DNA of 64,000 bases from a virus: the IMG/VR virus record IMGVR_UViG_3300044641_004856, positions 28,875 to 92,874 of that record. One strand, written 5' to 3'. Shown here piece by piece: positions 45,562 to 53,952 of the stretch. Every line of letters starts with the position of its first letter. Positions within the stretch are counted from its first letter, which is position 1. The position numbers were made by a program, and so were the translations under genes. Below the pieces are notes generated by a model. That model searched no databases. It worked only from the letters and a program-made list of their open reading frames with translations, and had not been told where the DNA came from.

Positions 45562-47079
45562 ATGAACATTATCTACGGGGGCACCGAAGTTGGCAGCAAC
45601 CGAACGCTGCTCGAATCCATGGGTGTTACCCGCATGGCACTTTCTTTTTACGCTTTAAAGAAGCGTGGATTACCCCAAAAGAAGTTATGGCTAGTCTCTG
45701 AGCACTTCCTACCTACACTAGACATCTTGGTAGATTCTGGCATTGCCCAGGCTGAACGTGATGGGCTGTCTAAAGAGGAACTAACTTCTTTAGGGGCTGA
45801 ATACCAAGAGTTTGTCGCCAATAACCTGGATTCTATTCTGGGGTTTGTTGAAGCAGACTCTCAGACCCTAGGGTTAGATTGGATTCTCCAAGAGCGGGCT
45901 TCCTTTGAGCATGACCCTAAATTGTGGGTTGTATGGCATGACTCCTACGGGCTTCCAACCCTGCGAGAATGGGCTAGACGTTACTCAAATATCGCCATAC
46001 CCCACGCCACTATTGAAGCCTCTACGAGCCTTGCAGGGGTTACTAGAGGGCTGTCTAGCCAGTATGGGACGAAGTTCCACGCCCTAGGCTCAGCCAAGCC
46101 TGATAACCTTCGTCAGATACCGTTTACAACCGCTACGACCCTATCGTGGCTATCTCCCATGAGAAATGGGGAGACCATAATTTGGGACGGAACTAAAATA
46201 GTTCGGTATCCCAAGAAGATGATGGGGCAAGCGAGAAAACGCTACTCGTCAGTAATAGCCAAGGCTAATTTAGACTACGATGCGTTCTTAAAGAACAATG
46301 GGGTGGAATCCTCTAAGGTTGCAGTCTGGTCATACCAACAGTTGGAGAAATCAATGGACAAGAAACGCCCCGACCTTCACATAATTGAGGGGGGAAAAGA
46401 GCCTCTGTTATCTGATAACAGTGAGACACCCCTACTAAGCACTTTCGCGGAAACATGGGGTCACCCTTCTGATAACAGTGACCTAGAGATGCGGAAAGAT
46501 TCTGCGGTAGAAGAGCCTAAAAAGTTGATTGAAAGAGACCCTGAAGAGGTCACAAGCCTACCTGTCTTTGGCTACAAGATGAAGACGATTGTAGACACAG
46601 ATGACGAGGGAAATGACGTTCTAAAAGAAGTCCCTCTAGTCCAAACTACTGGCACTTCTTTACGCCAATGTGACACCTGTTTTGTTGCTTCGAACTGCCC
46701 AGCCTTCAAACCACAGAACTCCTGTGCCTTTAACCTACCTGTTGCTATTCAGACTAAAGAACAGTTAAAAGCCCTATTAAATGCCGTTATAGAGATGCAA
46801 GGAGCACGAGTTGCCTTCTCTCGGTTTGCAGAAGAGTTAAACGGAGGTTACCCTGACCCCAATACTTCGCAAGAGATTGACCGCCTTTTCAAGTTAGTAA
46901 AGGGTATGAAAGAGTTGGAAGAGAACCGCGAGTTCATTAGAATTACAGCAGAACGACAGTCTTCAGGAGGGGTGCTTTCAGCCATCTTTGGAGACCGAGC
47001 ACAGGCACTAAAAGACCTTCCAAATGGGGGTTTGAACGAAGCAGAAACTACGAAAATTATTCAACAAAGCCTAGAATAG
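45562..47079 (+). CDS. TGT/DpdA-like TIM-barrel domain fused to a Cys4 + helical C-terminal domain
   Basis: ILVDSG, VVWH, KFHALG, PF...SW..P.RNG; C-terminal CDTC-x5-C-x8-C. Confidence 0.55.
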   Translation: MNIIYGGTEVGSNRTLLESMGVTRMALSFYALKKRGLPQKKLWLVSEHFLPTLDILVDSGIAQAERDGLSKEELTSLGAEYQEFVANNLDSILGFVEADSQTLGLDWILQERASFEHDPKLWVVWHDSYGLPTLREWARRYSNIAIPHATIEASTSLAGVTRGLSSQYGTKFHALGSAKPDNLRQIPFTTATTLSWLSPMRNGETIIWDGTKIVRYPKKMMGQARKRYSSVIAKANLDYDAFLKNNGVESSKVAVWSYQQLEKSMDKKRPDLHIIEGGKEPLLSDNSETPLLSTFAETWGHPSDNSDLEMRKDSAVEEPKKLIERDPEEVTSLPVFGYKMKTIVDTDDEGNDVLKEVPLVQTTGTSLRQCDTCFVASNCPAFKPQNSCAFNLPVAIQTKEQLKALLNAVIEMQGARVAFSRFAEELNGGYPDPNTSQEIDRLFKLVKGMKELEENREFIRITAERQSSGGVLSAIFGDRAQALKDLPNGGLNEAETTKIIQQSLE

Positions 47080-47094
47080 TTATCTGATAACAGC

Positions 47095-47134
47095 AGGTGG
47101 AGAGACGTGGAACAAGGTGGGGGAAAATGGAGGC
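47095..47134 (+). promoter_or_regulatory. Four phased (G/A)TGG repeats, MraZ-box-like
   Basis: AGGTGGAGAG ACGTGGAACA AGGTGGGGGA AAATGGAGGC with an exact 10-bp period, upstream of the RNR gene. Confidence 0.5.
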
Positions 47135-47218
47135 TTATTGTCAGGTGCATTAACATGATTTACCCAGCAAACTTCTACCTCTAATCTTCCTAAATCTTCC
47201 CTCCCGAAAGGTCTTTCA

Positions 47219-49264
47219 ATGTCATTTTTGTCTTTTAATCTTAACGAGGATTTTGTCTCAGGCTTCCGCTCAAAGAAGCCTCCTTTTGGCTACACCGATG
47301 CTGCTGGTAATTCTGTCGGGGAGATAACCTTCTTAAGAACCTATAGCCGTCTCAAAGAGGACGGAACTAAGGAGACTTGGGTTGACGTTTGTGAGCGTGT
47401 AATCAATGGAATGTATTCCCTACAGAAAGACCACGCTAAATCCCAGCGTCTACCTTGGAATGACTCCAAGGCTCAGTCTTCGGCAAAAGAAGCCTTCGAA
47501 CGTCTTTTTGAATTAAAGTGGACTCCACCTGGTCGAGGACTTTGGGTAATGGGAACTTCTTTAGTAAACAAGCACCGCAACTCAGCAGCACTACAAAACT
47601 GTGCTTTTGTCTCTACCGTCGAAATGACCAAAAACAACCCCGCCAAACCTTTTGCTTTCCTCATGGAGGCTTCAATGCTAGGCGTGGGTGTGGGCTTTGA
47701 CGATAAGGGAGCGGATAAAGACTTTACTATCTATGAGCCTTCTAAAGCAGAGGCTAACTTTCAAACCTACGTAATCCCTGATACTCGTGAAGGCTGGGTC
47801 GAGTCTGTAACTCTTCTTTTGAACTCTTACTTAAAGGCTGACCAACCACGTTGGATTTTTGACTACTCTCTGATTCGCCCTGCAGGTGCACCTATCAAAA
47901 TCTTTGGTGGCACTGCTGCTGGACATGAACCTCTTTTGAGACTGCACGATTACCTTTATAAGATGTTTGAAAATCGGGCTGGTGAAAAGGTCACTCGTAA
48001 GGACATAGCAGACATTGGAAACCTTATTGGAGTCTGTGTTGTTTCAGGCAACGTCCGTCGTTCCGCAGAACTTCTTATTGGACGTATTGATGATGAAGAT
48101 TTCCTAAACCTAAAGAACGCAGATGTCTACCCTGAGCGTAACTCCTATGACCCTAAAAATCCTGGTTGGGCTTGGATGTCGAACAACTCTGTAGAAGCAA
48201 CTGTTGGCTCTGATTACTCTAAAATTGTTGACGGCATTATTCTTAATGGAGAACCAGGAATTGTTTGGCTAGATGTTTCAAGAAAATACGGAAGACTTGC
48301 TGACCCTATCAATAACAAAGACCACCGTATCGCTGGCTACAACCCTTGTGCAGAGCAAAGCCTAGAGTCTTTTGAATGTTGCACCTTGGTGGAGACGTAT
48401 CTCAACCGCCACAAAAATAAAGAAGACTTCTTAAGAACTCTAAAGTTTGCTTACCTATACGCAAAGACCGTAACTCTTCTTCCTACACACTGGGAAGAGA
48501 CCAACGCAATCATGCAACGCAATCGTCGCATTGGAACTTCAGTTTCAGGCATGGCTAACTTTGCTGACAATAAAGGCTTACCTGTTTTGCGTGATTGGCT
48601 TAACGAAGGCTACAAACTTGTGAAGAGTTACGACAGCACTTACTCAGAATGGCTTGGTGTTCGTGAGTCAATCAAGATGACAACGGTAAAGCCTTCAGGA
48701 ACAGTTTCAATCCTTGCTGGAGAATCTCCAGGAGTTCACTGGGCTTCAGGTGGTAAGTTCTTTAACAGAGCAATTCGCTTTGCTAACTCTGACCCAATGC
48801 TTCCTCTTTTCAAAATGGCTCAGTATCGAGTTGAGCCTGCTTCTGAATCTCCTGAAACAACTTCTGTTGTCTTCTTCCCGATTAAGACAGAGGCTAAGCG
48901 TGCTGAAAAAGAAGTTTCAATCTACGAAAAAATGGACTTAGCAGCAACTGCTCAGTTCTACTGGAGCGATAACTCTGTATCAGTTACAGTAACTTTCGAC
49001 CCTGAAAAAGAAAGTAAAGAGATTGGAACGGCTTTAAGAATGTTTGAGGGAAGAATGAAAACTGTTTCGTTCTTGCCGATGGGTAACGCTGTGTATCCAC
49101 AAATGCCTTACACGCAGATTACTGAACAAGAATACGAAGATGCAACTATGAAGTTGTTCCCTATTGACCTTGAAGGTGTTTATGCAGGTATGGCTTCAGA
49201 CGCTATCGGTGAGGCTTACTGCACTACAGATGCTTGTGAAGTTAAACTTATAAAAGAAGGTTAA
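47219..49264 (+). CDS. nrdJ: Class II (adenosylcobalamin-dependent) ribonucleotide reductase, RTPR type
   Basis: RTYSR, PPGRGLW, NCAF, GNVRRSA, NPCAEQ, TVKPSGT, C-terminal CTTDAC. Confidence 0.93.
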   Translation: MSFLSFNLNEDFVSGFRSKKPPFGYTDAAGNSVGEITFLRTYSRLKEDGTKETWVDVCERVINGMYSLQKDHAKSQRLPWNDSKAQSSAKEAFERLFELKWTPPGRGLWVMGTSLVNKHRNSAALQNCAFVSTVEMTKNNPAKPFAFLMEASMLGVGVGFDDKGADKDFTIYEPSKAEANFQTYVIPDTREGWVESVTLLLNSYLKADQPRWIFDYSLIRPAGAPIKIFGGTAAGHEPLLRLHDYLYKMFENRAGEKVTRKDIADIGNLIGVCVVSGNVRRSAELLIGRIDDEDFLNLKNADVYPERNSYDPKNPGWAWMSNNSVEATVGSDYSKIVDGIILNGEPGIVWLDVSRKYGRLADPINNKDHRIAGYNPCAEQSLESFECCTLVETYLNRHKNKEDFLRTLKFAYLYAKTVTLLPTHWEETNAIMQRNRRIGTSVSGMANFADNKGLPVLRDWLNEGYKLVKSYDSTYSEWLGVRESIKMTTVKPSGTVSILAGESPGVHWASGGKFFNRAIRFANSDPMLPLFKMAQYRVEPASESPETTSVVFFPIKTEAKRAEKEVSIYEKMDLAATAQFYWSDNSVSVTVTFDPEKESKEIGTALRMFEGRMKTVSFLPMGNAVYPQMPYTQITEQEYEDATMKLFPIDLEGVYAGMASDAIGEAYCTTDACEVKLIKEG

Positions 49265-49597
49265 TTACTTCTTTTTGTTTTTAGGTGCTGGAGTTCTGGC
49301 ACGCTTTTTAGCAAGTTGTGCTTTTTGGGCTGCAGCAGTTCTATCTTTACTTGCTTTGGCTTCTGCTTCACGCTTTTTTGCTGCGTCATTAACTTCTTGC
49401 ATAGGTATAAGTTCACGAGAGGCTTTGATAATGTGAGGCTTGTTGTTTACAGTTGCTGTAACAATAGTTATCTTGTGGTCAGGGTTTTGTGGGTGTCTTC
49501 CAGTATGACGTGTTTGTCCATTACCTAGGTCTGTTTTAGTTCCTCGCTGAACTACGTAGTTTGCTTCGTCAGGAGTTGGTTTGTTCTCAGTTGCCAT
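49265..49597 (-). CDS. Basic hypothetical protein
   Basis: MATENKPT...; TATCAT-N6-ATG leaderless start preferred over 49612. Confidence 0.6.
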   Translation of the reverse strand: MATENKPTPDEANYVVQRGTKTDLGNGQTRHTGRHPQNPDHKITIVTATVNNKPHIIKASRELIPMQEVNDAAKKREAEAKASKDRTAAAQKAQLAKKRARTPAPKNKKK

Positions 49598-49610
49598 AAG
49601 AAAATGATAC

Positions 49611-49650
49611 AAAAAAACCCCCCACAGCAGTTGCTGTAGGGGGTTTTTTT
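49611..49650. terminator. Bidirectional intrinsic terminator
   Basis: AAAAAAACCCCCCACAGC-AGTT-GCTGTAGGGGGTTTTTTT. Confidence 0.85.
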
Positions 49651-49804
49651 ACTTACCTAATCGTGTTTTTGCTTCGTTAGACTTAATACTGGAGTATCCA
49701 GTCTTCTTTTTATTCATACTTCCTGGAACTTTGCCACCAGGACCTTTATGATTGGCTTTACGAACTTCAAGACTTGCTTGTATTTTATCTAGGTGTTTGC
49801 CCAT
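49649..49804 (-). CDS. Lys-rich microprotein (51 aa)
   Basis: Manual translation MGKHLDKIQASLEVRKANHKGPGGKVPGSMNKKKTG...; GAGGAGG RBS. Confidence 0.7.
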   Translation of the reverse strand: MGKHLDKIQASLEVRKANHKGPGGKVPGSMNKKKTGYSSIKSNEAKTRLGK

Positions 49805-49837
49805 GTTTATTTCCTCCTCATAGTTGTAGGTTACAGC

Positions 49838-49872
49838 AAAAAGCCTTCTGCTATCAACACAGAAGGCTCTTT
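49838..49872 (-). terminator. Intrinsic terminator after the transglycosylase gene
   Basis: Minus strand AGCCTTCTG-TGTTGATAG-CAGAAGGCT-TTTT. Confidence 0.75.
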
Positions 49873-49886
49873 ACTTACTGCTTGTA

Positions 49887-50456
49887 TTACTTCGGAAACT
49901 TCTTTAGCCATTCTTGTGCACGAGGGGTCATACCCTTCCATGCAGACCAATCAGTTCCGCCCTTGCTCATGTAATAAGCAATTTGGGCATTTGTCACAGG
50001 GTCTAACAACATCGCGTTAGATACCATGCCGAACTTCTCCCTGCGTGAGTCTCCTACTTCTTCAATCATGTTTATCTGAAAGATTCCGTAAGAGTTATCT
50101 CCTGTCTTCTCGTTGCCGTTGTAGGCATGAGAACGACAGTTGCTTTCACGCATGACGATAGCCCATGCTTGTTCTAAGGCTTTGCCTTTGAACCCAACTT
50201 CTTTTAAAAGCCCTTTACATTCTACGTGAGAGAGTTTTACCTTGTTACGGTAGTTCTCTAACTTGTCTGAAGGGGCTTTTATTTTTAGTTCTTTTTCGAC
50301 TGAGGATTGGAGTAAAGGAACTGGCTGTGCCTCTACTGCTTCTGTGGGAATTGTTCCTAGGGCTTTTGCTACAACAAAGCCACTACAAAACAATGCCCCT
50401 GCTACTGTCATAATTGCTATTGCAATTACTTTCTTTCCACGTTGTGTTAGTCGCAT
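49887..50456 (-). CDS. Lysozyme-like lytic transglycosylase with N-terminal signal/anchor
   Basis: Hydrophobic N-terminus; AWAIVMRES, GDNSYGIFQINM, DPVTNAQIA, DWSAW. Confidence 0.85.
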   Translation of the reverse strand: MRLTQRGKKVIAIAIMTVAGALFCSGFVVAKALGTIPTEAVEAQPVPLLQSSVEKELKIKAPSDKLENYRNKVKLSHVECKGLLKEVGFKGKALEQAWAIVMRESNCRSHAYNGNEKTGDNSYGIFQINMIEEVGDSRREKFGMVSNAMLLDPVTNAQIAYYMSKGGTDWSAWKGMTPRAQEWLKKFPK

Positions 50457-50462
50457 AGTTTC

Positions 50463-51758
50463 TCACCTTTCTCCCAACAGATACTCGTCCGCAAGTTCCC
50501 CTGCTTTCGACTGCTGGTGACGGATACGGTGTAAATACCGCTCCGTAGTTGTGATTGACTGATGACCCAAACGTTCCTTAACCTCATGCACATCAACACC
50601 CTTCTTTAACAGTTGAGTGGCGTTTGCATGTCTTAAGTCGTGCGTTTTTGGATACCAACCAATACCTGACTTTTCTATGGCTTCGTTCCAAATGGTTCTC
50701 CACTTGGTTCGACTGAGGTGACCTGAGCCGATACTTTGGCTAAGGCTGTCTCTGCCTTTTGATTTGTCCTTTCTGTATTGTTTGCGATAATCCTTTATCG
50801 CTTGTTTACACAGGTCACACCTGCACTTTCCCACGTTGTAAGCGTAAGGAGTTGCATGGTTGAAGACCCTACCTTTGACAGTAAAGGTCTCGTTAGTTCT
50901 TATGGAAGAACTACCTGCATGAATTAGTTTACCAACTTCGATGGTGTTATTGCCAAACAAGAGGTCATTATTAGATAACTTTTTATCTGCTATAAAGGCT
51001 TTTAACGTCTTTAAGAGAGTTGTGCTAATAACTACTGTTCTTTTATGATTGTTTTTAGTTGTATGCACTACTAAAAAACGCGACCCATTATTTGCATCTT
51101 TACCAATGTCGCATACAGTTCTACGAATGTAAACTTCTTTAGACTTAAAGTTAAAGTCTTTCACCCGTAACTCTGTTGCTTCTCCAAAGCGACAGCCTGT
51201 TGCAATTAAAAACTGAGCAAACAACTTTGCTCCGTCTGTAGGCAACTTGGCAACTATTTGCTTGAAGTCGTCAGGCTCTAACGTAATGAATGGGTCAGTC
51301 TGAGGCACTTTCACCCTAACCCCATGCGTAGGGTTTGCCACCATTCGCTCATCTTGAACAAGCGGACGGAAAGCAGACCCCAAGGCAATCTTCACATGGA
51401 GAACGGTGGAAAGGCTTACGCCTTCTTGAATTAGTTTTTCAAAAAGGCTACGAACATCACGTTTTGTTATAGACAAGACCTGCTTATTTCCTAAAGAAGG
51501 AATGACATACTTCTTTAACGAAGTCTTGTAGGTTTTTTTAGTTATTAAGCGAACATCTGTTCTAATCAACCATTCCTCTAGGTATGCCTCTAAGGTTTGG
51601 TTAGATTCTGACTCATCAACTGACAGCCCACCTTCCGCAAGAATTGCAGAGGATAAGGCTTTGGCTCTTGAGTCAAACGTGCCTGCGGACACTACGCGAT
51701 TATTTTTGTTGCGGAAGTAACCTGTGTGACGTTTATTTCGGGTAATTACATAAGCCAT
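50463..51758 (-). CDS. int: Tyrosine recombinase / integrase with inserted Zn-finger-like motif
   Basis: TGCRFGEA, HDLRH, LGH, TTERY catalytic set; insert HATPYAYNVGKCRCDLC. Confidence 0.92.
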   Translation of the reverse strand: MAYVITRNKRHTGYFRNKNNRVVSAGTFDSRAKALSSAILAEGGLSVDESESNQTLEAYLEEWLIRTDVRLITKKTYKTSLKKYVIPSLGNKQVLSITKRDVRSLFEKLIQEGVSLSTVLHVKIALGSAFRPLVQDERMVANPTHGVRVKVPQTDPFITLEPDDFKQIVAKLPTDGAKLFAQFLIATGCRFGEATELRVKDFNFKSKEVYIRRTVCDIGKDANNGSRFLVVHTTKNNHKRTVVISTTLLKTLKAFIADKKLSNNDLLFGNNTIEVGKLIHAGSSSIRTNETFTVKGRVFNHATPYAYNVGKCRCDLCKQAIKDYRKQYRKDKSKGRDSLSQSIGSGHLSRTKWRTIWNEAIEKSGIGWYPKTHDLRHANATQLLKKGVDVHEVKERLGHQSITTTERYLHRIRHQQSKAGELADEYLLGER

Positions 51759-51787
51759 ACACTTGCTCCTCTCTCGTTTAGTAAGTG

Positions 51788-51988
51788 TTAGTTATCTTGT
51801 TTTTGAGGCAACCTTCTTCTGCTTTGAACCCAAGCCTCTGCGGTTTCCGATTTCCACACAGGAGTCCTCCCGAAGTAAGTATCGGGTTTGGGAAGGGTGT
51901 TTAAGTTTCGATAGAGATAGTTCTTTAACGTGTTCTGACTTATCCCTGCTTTTTCTGCCAAGTCTTTTTGAGTTAGCCACTCTTGCAT
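51788..51988 (-). CDS. AlpA/excisionase-like HTH protein
   Basis: WLTQKDLAEKAGIS.NTLKNY...LPKPD..FGRTPVW; adjacent to the integrase. Confidence 0.8.
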   Translation of the reverse strand: MQEWLTQKDLAEKAGISQNTLKNYLYRNLNTLPKPDTYFGRTPVWKSETAEAWVQSRRRLPQKQDN

Positions 51989-52012
51989 TTGTTGCTCCTT
52001 TCTTGAGCATGG

Positions 52013-52252
52013 TTACATCTTACCCAACTCGGCATGGGCTTTGATAACGGCAGCATGATTTTTCATGATTTCTGTAAGTTCTTTTGAAGCCTCCAACATG
52101 GTGTCTAAGAACCGTCCTGCTGTTAAATAGTTAGCAGGTTGATAGCCTGAGTCAAGCATGTCCGCATAGATTTGGACAGCAAGTTTCAAAGACTCTCCAC
52201 ACAGGCTTAGTTGACCAGCAAACTTTAAGTCTTCTTTAACAGTATTGGTCAT
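52013..52252 (-). CDS. Hypothetical protein
   Basis: 79 aa, coupled. Confidence 0.6.
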   Translation of the reverse strand: MTNTVKEDLKFAGQLSLCGESLKLAVQIYADMLDSGYQPANYLTAGRFLDTMLEASKELTEIMKNHAAVIKAHAELGKM

Positions 52253-52410
52253 TTGTTTACCCGCTCACTTTGCAAGATTCGAATAGTTCTTATAAGTTCT
52301 TTATTAACTCTAAGAAGATTGCGATGAGCATTAACAGAAACAACCATAACTATGCATGAACATACAAGCGCAATCATAATTGCCAATAGGTCAGTTGTTT
52401 GTAGATACAT
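52249..52410 (-). CDS. Single-pass membrane microprotein (53 aa)
   Basis: Manual translation MYLQTTDLLAIMIALVCSCIVMVVSV...; AAGGAG RBS; ATGA overlap. Confidence 0.6.
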   Translation of the reverse strand: MYLQTTDLLAIMIALVCSCIVMVVSVNAHRNLLRVNKELIRTIRILQSERVNK

Positions 52411-52771
52411 GGGGTTCTCCTTCTTTAATCATAGTTTCTAACTCTTTAACTAAGAGTTGTTTCTTCTTTAGGTTTTCTTTTAGTTCTGCAACATACTCAG
52501 ATAAAACAGGAGGATACACAGTTATCTCTCTACGAGAGTTCACTCGCAATACTTTCCAATCTCCCATGTCATAACCTGCAACGAGTTTGTCTGCTTCTTC
52601 AGGGTCAAGCCAAAAGAAGATTTCATCATCAAGTGGGTGTTCATCTTCTCTGCCTTCCCACTCTGCTTGCTTTACCGCAAACATAACCTTGTCTTCGTTT
52701 AAGGTCATTTGCTTTGTTACTGGTTCTTCTTTCCAACGAATAGTTGCTTTGATTACAGATAGTGTTGTCAT
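52391..52771 (-). CDS. Hypothetical protein
   Basis: 126 aa, coupled. Confidence 0.65.
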   Translation of the reverse strand: MTTLSVIKATIRWKEEPVTKQMTLNEDKVMFAVKQAEWEGREDEHPLDDEIFFWLDPEEADKLVAGYDMGDWKVLRVNSRREITVYPPVLSEYVAELKENLKKKQLLVKELETMIKEGEPHVSTNN

Positions 52772-53064
52772 AGAGAAATCCTTTCTTCTTTAAGGGTTGG
52801 TTGATGGTGTGCTAACCACCAAGTTTTTGCGTATTCCAAAGTAGTGTCATTGAATTGATAGCACCACTTTTGTTTATGAGTATGGTGTGCATCTAAATCT
52901 TGATTACCTGAGAATAGAACTACTTTTCCACCATACTGGTTTATGTCCATGAGTATGTTGTCTGCAGGTATTCCCCAGTCAAGTAACTTGCCTACCCAAT
53001 CTTTTACTCGGTCTTGTCTGCAAGGTATGCAAGAACACTTGTGTTCTGTTTGATGTTTTATCAT
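52768..53064 (-). CDS. Hypothetical protein (HxCxCxxC)
   Basis: 98 aa, coupled. Confidence 0.6.
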   Translation of the reverse strand: MIKHQTEHKCSCIPCRQDRVKDWVGKLLDWGIPADNILMDINQYGGKVVLFSGNQDLDAHHTHKQKWCYQFNDTTLEYAKTWWLAHHQPTLKEERISL

Positions 53065-53294
53065 ACGATAACCCCATAAATAGGGATTTCAGGAAGTGGT
53101 GGAATAACTTCTTCTAGGTCTGTTAAAGAATAACTAGCAGACTTAACCTTTGTGGAATAGTTAGGAAGTTGTTCCAGTTCTTGTTCTCCCATTTCAACAC
53201 GTCTTACCCAGTCTTCTGCTTCTTCTTTAGAGTTAGCGTCAAACGTTATAATTCCATGATTTTCTTCGGCGTATCGAACTACGTATCTTGTCAT
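53061..53294 (-). CDS. Hypothetical protein
   Basis: 77 aa; GGAGGCA RBS. Confidence 0.65.
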   Translation of the reverse strand: MTRYVVRYAEENHGIITFDANSKEEAEDWVRRVEMGEQELEQLPNYSTKVKSASYSLTDLEEVIPPLPEIPIYGVIV

Positions 53295-53302
53295 GTTGCC
53301 TC

Positions 53303-53629
53303 CTATGCTTTCTTGTAGGTATAACTTACGGTATAGGTTTGAGTGTCTCTGTCATAGACACGAATTGAAGGGCACTTCTTGCCCCTAACTTTGTTAATGC
53401 ACTTGAATACTGCAGGAGTATCTGTGCATTCCCAATGGTGTTCGTGACACTTCTTGCAATTATTTTCATCGCAGTCACGATAGGTAATTTCAAGGCAGGC
53501 TTCACAATAGGTTGCAAAGCATTCTCCACCCTTATGAAAGTTCCAGTAAGAACAATCTCTCCATGACTCTTCAGCGTTACAACACTTACTAAGCGTTGGC
53601 ACTCCTGTGCTTAACTCTCCTGTTTTCAT
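53303..53629 (-). CDS. Cys-rich hypothetical protein
   Basis: 108 aa, many Cys; ATGA overlap. Confidence 0.6.
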   Translation of the reverse strand: MKTGELSTGVPTLSKCCNAEESWRDCSYWNFHKGGECFATYCEACLEITYRDCDENNCKKCHEHHWECTDTPAVFKCINKVRGKKCPSIRVYDRDTQTYTVSYTYKKA

Positions 53630-53952
53630 GAAGACACCTTGATACAGAAGTTCTCTTCATCTTTCCATGGAAGTGGTGTGATGAAATAGCCGATACGGTT
53701 TACAACTGCACGTCCATTAACTATGTAAGTGCCTCCGTTGTCTCCGTCAACAAGAGTCCATACGTTGTGGTAATCGCAAGCGTAAACAAAGGCTTGCTCT
53801 TCTCCGTATGTCTCATAAAGAATACCTACACCATTTTCATCTTGCCATGAAGCGTTTTCAACAAGCGTGTTCCCTATCGGCTTGTATGTGTTTTGCCATT
53901 TATCGAGAGTGATACGGCGTTGCTTAGTTGCTGTTGCTAGTTGTGTTTTCAT
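53626..53952 (-). CDS. Hypothetical protein
   Basis: LYETYGEE...VWTLVDGD...VNRIGYFIT..PW; GGAGGCA RBS. Confidence 0.7.
   Translation of the reverse strand: MKTQLATATKQRRITLDKWQNTYKPIGNTLVENASWQDENGVGILYETYGEEQAFVYACDYHNVWTLVDGDNGGTYIVNGRAVVNRIGYFITPLPWKDEENFCIKVSS

Noticed and set aside
45562-47079. Confident call of 7-deazaguanine DNA modification (dpdA)
   Set aside because: The putative catalytic Asp appears substituted, no preQ0 synthesis genes were seen, and apparent restriction-site avoidance argues against global modification; kept only as an open question.
47080-47218. Cobalamin riboswitch or NrdR box upstream of nrdJ
   Set aside because: The gap is only 139 nt, and I could not recognise a B12 box or an NrdR palindrome.
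714-48941. Many minus-strand or alternate-frame ORFs in the track (e.g. 8293-8631, 10410-10880, 14095-14427, 36944-37312)
   Set aside because: Shadows of well-supported + strand genes, with no RBS or recognisable motifs.
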